Positions 11,198-21,539 of a stretch of 64,000 nt of DNA are shown in pieces (within the stretch, counting starts at the first letter, position 1; the number at the start of each line of letters is the position of its first letter). The position numbers were made by a program, and so were the translations under genes. Below the pieces are notes generated by a model that saw nothing but the letters and a program-made list of their open reading frames with translations, searched no databases and was not told the origin of the DNA. Source of the stretch: Candidatus Poriferihabitaceae bacterium (GTDB lineage Bacteria > Pseudomonadota > Gammaproteobacteria > Arenicellales > Poriferihabitantaceae); NCBI GenBank assembly GCA_965204925.1, contig OZ242021.1, positions 652,000 to 715,999 on the forward strand. The letters are read 5' to 3'.

Positions 11198-11980
11198 CTA
11201 GCGTCCTTTCCAGACCGGTTCCCTTTTCTCGGCAAAAGCCAGCGCTCCTTCGTGCATATCCTCACTGTTGTAAAGCCTCTTGACGGTGGCGAGTCCCTCG
11301 GCGTTGAGCAGGTCAAGCGACTCCTGAAAGTTCATATTTTCCGTTGCCCGCACGGTCTCCTTGATCGCGGCGAAAACCAGCGGCGGCCCGTTGGCGAGGC
11401 GCCGCGCGATCTCCCTCGCCCGAACCAGCAGATTGTCGGCGCTGGTAATTTCATTGACCAGCCCCCACCTGCGGGCTTCTCCGGCATCTATCCAGCGCCC
11501 GGTCAGCAGCAATTCCATGGCTACGTGATACGGAACACGCCGCGGCAGCTTCAGCGTTGCCGCATCCGCCAGTGTACCGACATTGATCTCCGGCAGGGCG
11601 AACGTCGCATGCTCGGCCGCGATAATGATGTCCGTGGAAAGCATCAGTTCGAATCCGCCGCCGCAGGCAATGCCGTTGACCGCTGCAATGACCGGTTTAT
11701 TCATATCGGGAAGTTCCTGCAACCCCCCGAATCCGCCGACCCCGAAGTCACTGGTCACGCCCTCCCCTGCGGCGGCGGCCTTCAAATCCCATCCGGCGCA
11801 AAAAAACTTCTCGCCGCCTCCGGTAATGATCGCCGCCCGCAAGTCGGGATCATCCCGGAAATTCGCAAACGTCCTGCCCAGCTCCTGGCTGAGCGGCGCA
11901 TCTATGGCATTGGCTTTGGGGCGGTCCAGCGTAACTTCAAGCACGCCGCCGTCAATCACTGTTCTCACTGCATCGGACAT
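11198..11980 (-). CDS. crotonase-family enoyl-CoA hydratase (CaiD/carnitinyl-CoA dehydratase-like)
   Basis: 260 aa, VLEVTLDRPKANAID...ITGGGEKFFCAGWDLK...VNGIACGGGFEL. The crotonase oxyanion-hole motifs are present. Subfamily assignment is from memory only. Confidence 0.8.
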   Translation of the reverse strand: MSDAVRTVIDGGVLEVTLDRPKANAIDAPLSQELGRTFANFRDDPDLRAAIITGGGEKFFCAGWDLKAAAAGEGVTSDFGVGGFGGLQELPDMNKPVIAAVNGIACGGGFELMLSTDIIIAAEHATFALPEINVGTLADAATLKLPRRVPYHVAMELLLTGRWIDAGEARRWGLVNEITSADNLLVRAREIARRLANGPPLVFAAIKETVRATENMNFQESLDLLNAEGLATVKRLYNSEDMHEGALAFAEKREPVWKGR

Positions 11981-12016
11981 GGTCTTCTCACCTTCAGGGT
12001 TAACTTGTCAACAGGT

Positions 12017-14086
12017 TCAATTTCGCACCCGAATCAGCGCATCGGCAACTACAGCTCCCTGTTGTTGCGGCCTGACAATCAGCGGGTTGATCTCCAGTTC
12101 GACGATCTCGTCGCGGCGCCTTTCGATGAGCTCGGCTACAGCCATTACAGTATCCACAACCGCTTCGACATCAGCCGGCGGCCGCTTGCGGAATCCGTCC
12201 AGCAAAGGCCGCGTTTTCAGTCTCCCGAGAGCAGCGTTTATGGCAGCGCGGTCGACCGGAAACAGCAATATTTCCCGATCCCTGATCAATTCGACAAGCA
12301 TGCCGCCAAAGCCGAGAACGAGGTAATGGCCAAACACCCGATCATAACCGACTCCGATCAACAATTCAGCGACAGCATCGGCAACAACCTGCTCCACCAG
12401 CAGGGTATCGGACAACCCGAACAGGCGGGCGCCTTGCTCGTCCAGGGTTTCCTCATCGTGGATTCCGAGCGCCACAGCGCCCGCTTCGGACTTGTGCGCG
12501 ATAAACCGGGATACGGCCTTCAATACCACAGGATAGCCGATTTTTTCCGCGGCCGCCCTGACCTCGTCCATGGTCCTCGCGGTGGTCGAGTCCGGCGCTC
12601 TGATACCCCAGGACCTTAAAAATTGCTTGGCCTCATTTTCATCCATACTGCGGGCGAGTTCAGGCTCGGCCGCTGTCGACAACCCGGGCGCTGCGGGCAT
12701 TGACCAGCCCCTGCCCCATGCTGCGCCGATTCTGCTGACCGTTTCAATCGCCGCGAGGGCCTGTTCCATACCGTGCAGGGGCGCCACGCCATTGTCCATG
12801 AGCCATGAACGGATTTCGGGATTGAGGTTTTCCGACAGACAGGTGACAACCGCGCCCCGGCAACCCGTCTGCCGGCAAGCTGTGACAAACGCCCGGGCCG
12901 CCTCCAGCCAATCGTCGATCACACAATCGTTGACAATGGGGAAGTCGATGACGAGCAGGGTCAGGTCATAGTTTGCGGACATCATGGCCGTGAACGCCGC
13001 ACTCATACGTTGCCGATCACCCCAGATAAAAGTGTGATAATCCAGCGGGTTATCAATGGCGACATATTCATTCAACGTTACCCGCAAGCGTGCCCGCTGA
13101 GCCTCCCCGATGGCCGGAAAAACCAGTTCCCGCCCGACAGCCAGATCTGCAATGAGCGCCGCCTCTCCGCCGGAACAACTCATTGACGCAATGCGGTTGC
13201 CGGGCAACGGGCCCACGACAAGAGCCAGTTTCAGCGCTTCCAGGAATGTTTCCATGTTGCCGGCAATACCGATACCGAGGCGGTTGAACAAGGCCGTATA
13301 AAGTCCCTCTTGTCCGGTCAGCGTAGCGGTATGGCTGAACGCGATACGCGCCCCGAGGCCCGACTTGCCCGTTTTCAGGACAATGACCGGCACCCTGCGC
13401 GCGCGCGCGCGGGCAGCCAGTTCGATAAACAGGGGCAAATTTCGCAGACCTTCAATGTACAGGCCGATCGCCTTTATCCTTTCGTTCTCAAGCGCCGCCG
13501 CCATGACCTCCTCGATACCGATCACGGCCTGGTTGCCCACGGTGACCAGCCAGGAAACCGACAATCCTCTTTGCTGCAACGTGAAATTGATGCCGATGTT
13601 TCCACTCGATGAAATGATCGCGGCGCCCTGTTCCACAGCCTGAAGCCCATGCTGATCCGGAAACATGGCCGCGCCCAGCAGAGCATTGATATATCCATAA
13701 CAATTCGGCCCCAATACCGGCATGTCTACGGCCGCCTCCCGCAATCTGCGCTGACGGACTACGCCCTCGTCCCCCACTTCGCTGAACCCCGAAGCGAGGC
13801 AGACCGCTCCACCCGCGCCGATGCGGTTCAGCTGATCGACGATACCGATCGCCGCTTCGGCCGGCGCCCCGATGAATACGGCATCGGGCGCTTCGGGCAA
13901 CAGACGGCAGTCAGCCAGACAGGCAATGCCGGCCATCGACTCTCTTTTCGGATTGACCGCCCACATCTTGCCCGCGAAGCCGAGCTTGCGGCATTGAACC
14001 AGGGCCTGCCCGGCTTCGCGCCCCCCGACCACCGCGACCGAGCGTGGATTCAAAAACCGGATCAGCCGATCGATGTCAACCCGCAC
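12017..14086 (-). CDS. ADP/NDP-forming acyl-CoA synthetase (fused CoA-binding, ligase-CoA and ATP-grasp domains)
   Basis: 689 aa, PRSVAVVGG...GPNCYGYIN...C-terminal ATP-grasp. GTG start at 14084-14086. Confidence 0.8.
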   Translation of the reverse strand: MRVDIDRLIRFLNPRSVAVVGGREAGQALVQCRKLGFAGKMWAVNPKRESMAGIACLADCRLLPEAPDAVFIGAPAEAAIGIVDQLNRIGAGGAVCLASGFSEVGDEGVVRQRRLREAAVDMPVLGPNCYGYINALLGAAMFPDQHGLQAVEQGAAIISSSGNIGINFTLQQRGLSVSWLVTVGNQAVIGIEEVMAAALENERIKAIGLYIEGLRNLPLFIELAARARARRVPVIVLKTGKSGLGARIAFSHTATLTGQEGLYTALFNRLGIGIAGNMETFLEALKLALVVGPLPGNRIASMSCSGGEAALIADLAVGRELVFPAIGEAQRARLRVTLNEYVAIDNPLDYHTFIWGDRQRMSAAFTAMMSANYDLTLLVIDFPIVNDCVIDDWLEAARAFVTACRQTGCRGAVVTCLSENLNPEIRSWLMDNGVAPLHGMEQALAAIETVSRIGAAWGRGWSMPAAPGLSTAAEPELARSMDENEAKQFLRSWGIRAPDSTTARTMDEVRAAAEKIGYPVVLKAVSRFIAHKSEAGAVALGIHDEETLDEQGARLFGLSDTLLVEQVVADAVAELLIGVGYDRVFGHYLVLGFGGMLVELIRDREILLFPVDRAAINAALGRLKTRPLLDGFRKRPPADVEAVVDTVMAVAELIERRRDEIVELEINPLIVRPQQQGAVVADALIRVRN

Positions 14087-14108
14087 CAGCCTGTCTCCCG
14101 TCCAGTCT

Positions 14109-15281
14109 TCACGATTTGCTTTCCAACGGTCGCAATAGCGCGCGGGAAATAATCAGACGCTGGATTTCACTCGTTCCTTCCCAGATACGCTCTACCCGGG
14201 CATCGCGCCAGATTCTCTCCAAAGGGAGGTCCGACATCAGACCCATGCCGCCAAATATCTGTAGCGCCTCGTCGGCTATGAAAGCCAGCGCTTCGCTCGC
14301 CGACAGCTTGGCAAGAGCCGCGTCCATATCGGTCATTTCATTGTTACAGGCACGCGCGCCGGCCCGGTAGGTAATCAACTCGGCTGACCTGAGCTTCAGC
14401 GCCATATCCGCCAATTTGAAACTGACCCCCTGAAACTTCCCGATGGTCTGGTTGAACTGGATGCGGCCGGCGGCATGCTCACAGGCCAGCTCGAAGGCGC
14501 GATCACAACGACCCAGGCAGATCGCCGCCACTTGCAGCCTGGTATTGCCCAGCCAGTCATTGGCCACCTCAAACCCCTTGTCCACCTCGCCCAATACCTG
14601 GCTTGCCGGAATGCGGCATCGATCGAATTCAAGAATGCAATTATGATATCCGCGATTGGACACACTCCGGTAACCCGGACGTATGACATAGCCGGGCGTA
14701 CCGGTATCGACAAGAAATGCAGTGATTCTCTTTCTCGGGCCTCTCGGCGTATGATCGACTCCCGTAGCGGCGAACAGGATCACGAAATCGGACACATCCG
14801 CATGGCTGATGAAATGCTTGGTACCCTGAATCATGAAATCGCCGCCGTCCCTGTGCGCCCGGCATGACATGGAACGGACATCGGAGCCGGCGCCCGGTTC
14901 GGTCATGGCCAGACAGTCGATCTTCTCTCCGCGTATGCACGGATACAGGTATTTTTCCCTCTGCTCCGCGGTACAGGCCTGCAGGATATTACTGGGACGC
15001 CCAACGGCGTACTGCAATGCGTAGCTGGCCCTGCCCAGTTCGCGGTCAAGCATGCACATCGACAGCGGGTCCAGTCCGCCGCCGCCCAACTCCGCGGGCA
15101 TCGCCGCGGCGTACAGCCCCGCCTCGATCGAGCGCCCGATAATCTGTTGGCGAAGTTCAGGGCGAACGTCACCGCACTGCTCGACTTCCTGTTCAAACGG
15201 ATACAGTTCCCGCTCGACGAAACGTTTGGCCGTCTCGATCAGCATCCGTTGCTCTTCGCTGTAATCGAAGTTCATGATCAT
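14109..15281 (-). CDS. acyl-CoA dehydrogenase
   Basis: 390 aa, ...LAMTEPGAGSD...GTSEIQRLIISR. The start ATG overlaps the stop codon of the upstream gene (ATGA at 15278-15281). Confidence 0.85.
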   Translation of the reverse strand: MIMNFDYSEEQRMLIETAKRFVERELYPFEQEVEQCGDVRPELRQQIIGRSIEAGLYAAAMPAELGGGGLDPLSMCMLDRELGRASYALQYAVGRPSNILQACTAEQREKYLYPCIRGEKIDCLAMTEPGAGSDVRSMSCRAHRDGGDFMIQGTKHFISHADVSDFVILFAATGVDHTPRGPRKRITAFLVDTGTPGYVIRPGYRSVSNRGYHNCILEFDRCRIPASQVLGEVDKGFEVANDWLGNTRLQVAAICLGRCDRAFELACEHAAGRIQFNQTIGKFQGVSFKLADMALKLRSAELITYRAGARACNNEMTDMDAALAKLSASEALAFIADEALQIFGGMGLMSDLPLERIWRDARVERIWEGTSEIQRLIISRALLRPLESKS

Positions 15282-16369
15282 ACCCTCCCGTGTCCCGTTG
15301 CCGGCGTTCCGTTATCGGCGCCCTCGAGCGTTGTGGCATGGACAGCGTCGCCGTTTGTCTGCAAAGCGTCCTCGCGCGAGAGTCGCAAGAGCGATTCCTG
15401 ATATCGGGTCAGCGCCTTGCCCGCGGCGTAATCGTTTGCCTGCAATGCCCGCAGTATGGCGACGATACAGTCATCCCTTTTCCTTTCCAGTTCAGCGATA
15501 CTGCGCCCCTCAGCCTGCTGGTCGGACTGCGCCGATATTTTGTCGAGCAACTGATCGGTCAGCTCGGGGCCATCAAACCGGGCCCACGGCCATTTCAGCG
15601 ACGCGCCGAACTGGGACATGAAATGGCGTATCCCGCCCTCGCCGCCGGCAATGCGAAAAGTCTCGAACGGTCCCATGAATGCCCAGCGGATACCCGGACC
15701 ATACGCGATCGCCTGATCCAGTTCATCGCAGGTAGCGACATCCTCATTCAAAAGGTGCAGAGCTTCCCGCCACAGGGCTTCCATGAGGCGGTCGGCAATA
15801 AACGCCTCGACCTCCTTGCGCACAACGAGGGGGTGCATACCGATCCCCGCATAAAACGCGCGCGCGCGGTCAACAACGCGGCGGCTGGTGGCATTGCCCG
15901 CCACGATTTCAACGAGCGGCATGAGATAGACCGGATTGAACGGGTGGCCGACGATTACGCGCTCGGGATGCTCGACGCCTTCCTGCATTTCTCCCGGCAA
16001 CAAGCCGGAAGAGGAAGAGGCCACGATCACCGCAGCGCCCGTATGCTTGCAAATTTCCTGCATCAATACCTTCTTGACCTTGATGCGCTCGGGTCCGCTC
16101 TCCTGAACGAAATCGGTGCCGGACACGGCCGCCTCAATACTGTCGACCAGACATAACCGCCCCCTGACACGCACCGGAGCCGAAGTCATGCTGCGACAGG
16201 CGCGCAACGCATGATCAAGCACCTGATCGATACGCTTTCCGATCCCCGGCGCCGGGTCATACAGGTTGACGTCGATATTATTGATCAACAAGCGGGCAGC
16301 CCACGCCGAGCCGATGACCCCGCCGCCGACCAGCCCGACCGTCTTGACTTTGCCATTTGCCTCGCTCAC
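15278..16369 (-). CDS. 3-hydroxyacyl-CoA dehydrogenase family, L-carnitine dehydrogenase (LcdH)-like
   Basis: VGLVGGGVIGSAWAARL Rossmann motif, HPFNPVYLMPLVE, FIADRLMEALWREALHL, RHFMSQFG, SIAELERKRDDC. As I recall it, this pattern is characteristic of LcdH rather than generic FadB. GTG start. Confidence 0.7.
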   Translation of the reverse strand: MSEANGKVKTVGLVGGGVIGSAWAARLLINNIDVNLYDPAPGIGKRIDQVLDHALRACRSMTSAPVRVRGRLCLVDSIEAAVSGTDFVQESGPERIKVKKVLMQEICKHTGAAVIVASSSSGLLPGEMQEGVEHPERVIVGHPFNPVYLMPLVEIVAGNATSRRVVDRARAFYAGIGMHPLVVRKEVEAFIADRLMEALWREALHLLNEDVATCDELDQAIAYGPGIRWAFMGPFETFRIAGGEGGIRHFMSQFGASLKWPWARFDGPELTDQLLDKISAQSDQQAEGRSIAELERKRDDCIVAILRALQANDYAAGKALTRYQESLLRLSREDALQTNGDAVHATTLEGADNGTPATGHGRV

Positions 16370-16563
16370 CGGACTTATCCTCTTTGTTTGCCGTTCGGGG
16401 TCCTCCCCGGCAACGATCGGGCCGGCGACAGTCGGCGTTGATCGCTTACCGGAAATAACCGCACAAGTGATAAATACGTTATAGTTCGGGACTGAAGCTC
16501 CCGAATAATCTGACGGGGAAATTCTCCATCTTTAATAGCGAAGTTGCAAGAAATTTTACTGCT

Positions 16564-17058
16564 TTGGATTGCCCCCGTTGTTGCCGATCGTATCCGGTGA
16601 ACGGGGAAATCCATATCCGCAAAGCCACCCCGCATGACGCCCGGCGAATCGCCGGTTTCAACCGGGAAATGGCGTTTGAGACCGAAGGCGCAAGGCTGGA
16701 CCCGAACGTCGCTCTGGCCGGCGCCCGGCGGATCATCGGGGAGCCGAGCCTCGGTTTTTATCTGGTCGCCGAACATCAACGGGAAGTGGTCGCCTCGTTA
16801 ATGATTACGAGCGAATGGAGCGACTGGCGAAACGGGGTTTTCTGGTGGGTACAGAGTGTTTATGTCATACCGCCGTGGCGGCGCAAGGGAATCTACCGCC
16901 GTCTCTATGAAAAAGTGAAGGAGCTGGCTGCGCAGAACCCCGACGTCTGCGGCTACCGCCTCTATGTGGAAAGGGGAAACCGCGCCGCCCGCTCAACCTA
17001 CCGCAGCGTCGGCATGGTGGAGACTCATTACCGGATGTACGAAGAGTTGAAACGATAA
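16564..17058 (+). CDS. GNAT family N-acetyltransferase
   Basis: IHIRKATPHDARRIAGF...VYVIPPWRRKGIYRRLYEKV (acetyl-CoA binding R/Q-x-x-G-x-G/A-like). Start uncertain: TTG at 16564 or GTG at 16597. Confidence 0.65.
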   Translation: MDCPRCCRSYPVNGEIHIRKATPHDARRIAGFNREMAFETEGARLDPNVALAGARRIIGEPSLGFYLVAEHQREVVASLMITSEWSDWRNGVFWWVQSVYVIPPWRRKGIYRRLYEKVKELAAQNPDVCGYRLYVERGNRAARSTYRSVGMVETHYRMYEELKR

Positions 17059-17064
17059 AGCCGT

Positions 17065-18216
17065 TCACACGCGCCCTTGCCATGCCGGGGCGCGCACGCG
17101 CTGCCACCTGCGTGTCACCACTTCCGCCTGCCGGCGCTGCCCGCGCCCGATGTCCATAGACAGGACACTGCCCGCCGCGCTGAACCCGATGTTGACCTTC
17201 GCAAAGGCGATATTGGAGCCGTATTTGCGGGAGTACGCCAGGCTCGTCACAATTCCCACCCGGTTATCGTTGCCATCGAGCAAATCCCGGGTATGACGCA
17301 ACGGACACAATGGCTCACCACTGACAAACAGGTAAACGAGGGCATTCCTGATACCCTCCCGCAAAATCCGCTCGAGCGCTTTCGCAGACAGGCACTCGGC
17401 TGTCTTCGCCGGCTGGAAAAAGCGATCGAGCCCGATTTCATAAGGATTGTCCTCAAGCGTCATATCACTGCCGTAAGACAATAACCCGCGCTCCATGCGG
17501 TCCACGAGATTGGGGCAACCGGCGCGAATATGGTACTTCTGTCCAACTTCCCAAATCGCGTCCCACAAGGCAAGGCCTTGCGCAGAATCCTCAAGATAAA
17601 TTTCGTATCCCCCCTGCCCGCTCCAGCCCGATCTGGCTACGATCAGCTCCATGCCCGCGATAGCGGCGCGGACATACCGGAAAAACTTCAGTTCCCGGAT
17701 CTCCTCACCCACCATTTCCGCGATCAGATCATCGGCTTTCGGGCCCTGCACCGCCAGAGGGCTGACATCGGGCATGAATACGTCGACATCCAGGTTGCGC
17801 CCGCAGGCAATACCCTTCAGCCACAACAGGACACCGGAATCGGAGATCGACAGCCAGTAGCGATCGTCGGCCAGTTTGAGCAGCACCGGATCATTGACAA
17901 TCCCGCCCCGCTCATCGACGAGAACGACATACATGCACTGGCCAATACGGCAGCGCGACAGATCCCTCGGCGTGACCAGTTCGACCAGTTTCAGGGCATC
18001 GGGGCCGGCCACCTCGACCTGACGCTGACACGACACATCCCAGATCTGCACATGTCGGCACAGATGTTCGTAATCTTCCTCATGGGAGCGGAACACAGAG
18101 GCGAGCGGCGCATGATTGTAAACGGTAAACACCCGCGCGCCCTGCTCGAACACGCGCTCTTCAAAGGGAGTTTTCCCGATTCGCCGGGACAAAACCAGTT
18201 CGGGGGGCGCCTTCAT
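17065..18216 (-). CDS. GcvT-family aminomethyltransferase/demethylase, DmdA (DMSP demethylase)-like
   Basis: 383 aa from the ATG at 18214-18216, a stand-alone GcvT fold with no FAD domain. TVYNH, VQIWDVS, DVSPLAVQGP, FFRY, VARSGWSGQGGYEIY and RAGCPN...GLLSYGSDM match my recollection of the DmdA clade. Substrate is unproven. Confidence 0.6.
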   Translation of the reverse strand: MKAPPELVLSRRIGKTPFEERVFEQGARVFTVYNHAPLASVFRSHEEDYEHLCRHVQIWDVSCQRQVEVAGPDALKLVELVTPRDLSRCRIGQCMYVVLVDERGGIVNDPVLLKLADDRYWLSISDSGVLLWLKGIACGRNLDVDVFMPDVSPLAVQGPKADDLIAEMVGEEIRELKFFRYVRAAIAGMELIVARSGWSGQGGYEIYLEDSAQGLALWDAIWEVGQKYHIRAGCPNLVDRMERGLLSYGSDMTLEDNPYEIGLDRFFQPAKTAECLSAKALERILREGIRNALVYLFVSGEPLCPLRHTRDLLDGNDNRVGIVTSLAYSRKYGSNIAFAKVNIGFSAAGSVLSMDIGRGQRRQAEVVTRRWQRVRAPAWQGRV

Positions 18217-18330
18217 AAGATTCCGAATCCTTGCATGCGATAACGAAAAACAGGCGGGGATTATGCACCGAAAACGGTCATCACGGGAAACAAATTGCCA
18301 TGTTGTCGCCTCATGGAGTATAGTTGCCGC

Positions 18331-19974
18331 ATGAAAGAAAACTACGATGTCCTGGATCGGGTGAATGGTCTCAACCATGTGGAACTCACCCCCATTTCTT
18401 TCCTGCAGCGCGCCAGCGAGGTTTATGCAGACGCTGCCGGGATCATTTACGGCAGCCGCGTCTCAACCTGGAAAGAAGTGTCGAAACGGTGCCGTAGCCT
18501 GGCGGACGGACTTGGCAAACTGGGAGTAAAAAAGGGAGATACCGTATCAATAATGGCTGCCAATACCCCGCAACTGGCAGAAGCCCACTTCGGGGTTCCC
18601 ATGTCGGGAGGCGTATTGAATACGATCAACACGCGGCTTGACGTCGATACGATCGCCTTTATTCTCGCGCACAGCGACGCCCGCGTCCTGATCACCGACA
18701 CCCGGTTCTCCGATGTCGTTTCCAGGGCCCTGTCGGCGCTTGACGACCCGCCTGTCGTTATTGACATTATCGATAGCGAGGCGCCGCCCCCGCAGGCCGG
18801 CGGTCAGCGCCTCGGCAACATGACATACGAGGAATTGCTCGACAGCGGAGATGAAAACGGCGGCTGGGGCATGCCCCAATCGGAATGGGACGCGCTGACG
18901 CTGAACTACACTTCAGGCACCAGTGGGCAGCCCAAGGGCGTCGTCTACCATCATCGCGGCGCTTACCTGATGTCCCTGGGTACGGTCGCGGCCTGGCAAA
19001 TCCCGAGATTCGCACGCTATTTGTATACGGTTCCGATGTTCCACTGCAATGGCTGGGGGCATGTCTGGAGCATGGCGCTCATGGGCGGCGCCCTCGTCTG
19101 CAACCGCGCAGTCAGCGCCGAAAATATCTTTGCCGCGATACGCGAACAGCGCATTACCCACTTCGGAGCGGCGCCGATTGTCCTCGCCATGCTGGCCAAT
19201 GCGCCGGATTCGATCAAATATATCCCGGACTACACCGTTCAGGTGATGACGGCAGGCGCCCCGCCACCGAGCAAGATACTGGAAAAGACCCAGCGACTTG
19301 GACTCAATGTCATTCATGTATACGGCCTCACCGAAACCTTCGGCCATGTCGTTTTCTGTGACTGGAAAACCCGATGGTCGGAGCTGACCCCCGAAGAACA
19401 GGCCGAAATCAAGGCCCGGCAGGGAGTCCGCTTCCCGATCATGCAGGCAGCCCGGGTCATGGACGTCCACTCCGGCGAAATGGCGCCGGCTGACGGGCGC
19501 ACGATCGGGGAAATCGTCCTGCGCGGCAATGCGATCATGAAAGGTTACTACAAAAATCCCGGGGCGACCGCCGAAGCGTTCCGGGACGGCTGGTTCCATA
19601 GCGGCGATCTGGCCGTTGTACATGCCGATGGCTATATGGAAATCAAGGACAGACTGAAGGACATTATCATATCCGGCGGAGAAAACATTTCTTCGATCGA
19701 GATCGAATCGACGCTTTACAAATTCCCGAAAGTAGCCGCTGCCGCAGTCGTCGCAAAGCCGGATGAAAAATGGGGAGAAACCCCTTGCGCGTTTATCGAA
19801 CTGAAACCCGGCATGCAATCGACCGAAGAGGAGATCATTGCCTTTTGCAGGCAGAACATGGCCGGCTACAAACGTCCGAAACAGGTCATATTCCTCGAAT
19901 TGCCAAAGACCTCCACCGGAAAAATCCAGAAATTCAAGCTGCGTGAAATGGTCGCCGCCGGCGCTATGACGTGA
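18331..19974 (+). CDS. AMP-forming acyl-CoA synthetase (DmdB / short-medium chain acyl-CoA ligase-like)
   Basis: LNYTSGTSGQPKGV (AMP motif I), VYGLTET, DRLKDIIISGGENI, TSTGKIQK. ATG at 18331. Confidence 0.85.
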   Translation: MKENYDVLDRVNGLNHVELTPISFLQRASEVYADAAGIIYGSRVSTWKEVSKRCRSLADGLGKLGVKKGDTVSIMAANTPQLAEAHFGVPMSGGVLNTINTRLDVDTIAFILAHSDARVLITDTRFSDVVSRALSALDDPPVVIDIIDSEAPPPQAGGQRLGNMTYEELLDSGDENGGWGMPQSEWDALTLNYTSGTSGQPKGVVYHHRGAYLMSLGTVAAWQIPRFARYLYTVPMFHCNGWGHVWSMALMGGALVCNRAVSAENIFAAIREQRITHFGAAPIVLAMLANAPDSIKYIPDYTVQVMTAGAPPPSKILEKTQRLGLNVIHVYGLTETFGHVVFCDWKTRWSELTPEEQAEIKARQGVRFPIMQAARVMDVHSGEMAPADGRTIGEIVLRGNAIMKGYYKNPGATAEAFRDGWFHSGDLAVVHADGYMEIKDRLKDIIISGGENISSIEIESTLYKFPKVAAAAVVAKPDEKWGETPCAFIELKPGMQSTEEEIIAFCRQNMAGYKRPKQVIFLELPKTSTGKIQKFKLREMVAAGAMT

Positions 19975-20148
19975 AGCCCGGCATGGCGGGGAAATTGCTG
20001 CTTGTTCGCTCTTGACGCCGCCCGGTTGCCATTTACAGGCTGGCGGATTAGAATGCAAACAATCGTTCCGCCGCCTGCGACAAACGATCGGTATTGCGCC
20101 CCGCGGCGGCGCGAGGTTTTCTTTTTGTCAGATAAACACGTGAGAGGA

Positions 20149-21501
20149 ATGATGACCACGCGCGTTGCAATTATCGGAGCCGGACCCAGCGGGCTGGCTC
20201 AACTCAGGGCTTTCAAATCCGCCCGTGAAAAAGGGACTGAAATTCCGGAAATTGTCTGCTTTGAGAAGCAATCCGACTGGGGGGGCTTGTGGAACTACAC
20301 GTGGCGTACCGGGCTGGATGAGTATGGAGAACCGGTACATGGCAGCATGTACCGCTACCTGTGGTCGAATGGACCCAAGGAAGGACTGGAATTTGCCGAT
20401 TATTCCTTTGAGGAACATTTTGGCAAGCCGATCGCGTCATACCCGCCGCGCGCCGTCCTGTTCGACTACATCGCCGGGCGCGTCAAAAAAGCCGGAGTTC
20501 GCAGCCTCATCCGCTTCCGGTCAACAGTCAGGCATGTCACGTATGATGACGCCAGCGAGAAGTTTACGGTGACCGTCGAGGATCATGCGCAAGACCGCGA
20601 ATACAGCGAGCCATTCGACTGTGTGATCGTTGCCACCGGTCATTTCTCCATTCCCCATGTCCCCCATTTCGATGGCTTCGATTCCTTCCCCGGGCGCATC
20701 CTGCACGCCCATGATTTCCGCGACGCCGTGGAGTTCCGCGGGCAGGACATTCTCATTATCGGGACCTCTTATTCGGCGGAAGATATCGGTTCGCAATGCT
20801 GGAAGTACGGGGCAAGGTTCATCACCGTATCCCATCGTACGGCGCCGACCGGGTATCACTGGCCGGACAACTGGCAGGAAGTCCCCCTGCTGCAAAAGGT
20901 GGAGGGCAATACGGCGACATTCAAGGACGGCAGTACCCGCGACGTCGATTCGATCATTATATGCACCGGCTATCTCCACCACTTCCCGTTCATGGAGGCA
21001 AAACTGAGACTGAAAACGAACAACCGCCTGTATCCGGTCAATCTGTACAACGGCGTGGTCTGGGAACACAACCCGAAACTGATGTATCTGGGCATGCAGG
21101 ATCAATGGTATACGTTCAACATGTTCGACGCCCAGGCCTGGTATGCGCGCGACCTCATTCTCGGCAGGCTGCAAGTCCCCTCACAACCCGAAATGCACGC
21201 GGACATTGAAAAATGGCGCGAAGCCGAGGACAACATTGCGGACGATTACGGTGCGATCAAATACCAGGGGGACTATACGCTGCACTTGATGGGCATGACC
21301 GATTATCCGCGTTTCGACATAAAAGAGGCCAACCGGGCTTTCTATGAATGGAAGAAAAACAAGAAGAAGGACATCATGACATTTCGTGATTTCGGACACC
21401 GCTCACCGTTAACGGGAACGATGGCCCCGGCCCACCATACCCCGTGGAAAGACGCGCTCGACGATTCTCTCGGTAGTTACCTCGATATTCGGCGAGATTG
21501 A
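20149..21501 (+). CDS. tmm: flavin-containing monooxygenase, bacterial trimethylamine monooxygenase type
   Basis: 450 aa. Contains IIGAGPSG (FAD), the FMO-identifying motif [11 protein letters not shown] (FxGxxxHxxxY/F) and [10 protein letters not shown] (NADPH GxSxxA). GAGAGGA lies upstream of the ATG at 20149. Convergent with tdm. Confidence 0.8.
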   Translation: MMTTRVAIIGAGPSGLAQLRAFKSAREKGTEIPEIVCFEKQSDWGGLWNYTWRTGLDEYGEPVHGSMYRYLWSNGPKEGLEFADYSFEEHFGKPIASYPPRAVLFDYIAGRVKKAGVRSLIRFRSTVRHVTYDDASEKFTVTVEDHAQDREYSEPFDCVIVATGHFSIPHVPHFDGFDSFPGRILHAHDFRDAVEFRGQDILIIGTSYSAEDIGSQCWKYGARFITVSHRTAPTGYHWPDNWQEVPLLQKVEGNTATFKDGSTRDVDSIIICTGYLHHFPFMEAKLRLKTNNRLYPVNLYNGVVWEHNPKLMYLGMQDQWYTFNMFDAQAWYARDLILGRLQVPSQPEMHADIEKWREAEDNIADDYGAIKYQGDYTLHLMGMTDYPRFDIKEANRAFYEWKKNKKKDIMTFRDFGHRSPLTGTMAPAHHTPWKDALDDSLGSYLDIRRD

Positions 21502-21539
21502 ATTGTGCGGGTCATTCTCCTTGACTGGCGAGGCTTGGC

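Noticed and set aside
9777-12619. Long + strand ORFs of 474 aa (9777..11201) and 493 aa (11138..12619)
   Set aside because: They are antisense to the YbdK-like, crotonase and CoA-ligase genes. They have no motifs and an Arg/Pro-rich composition, so they are shadow ORFs.
18913-20058. 381-aa minus-strand ORF
   Set aside because: It is antisense to the AMP-forming CoA ligase, which has an intact AMP-binding motif.
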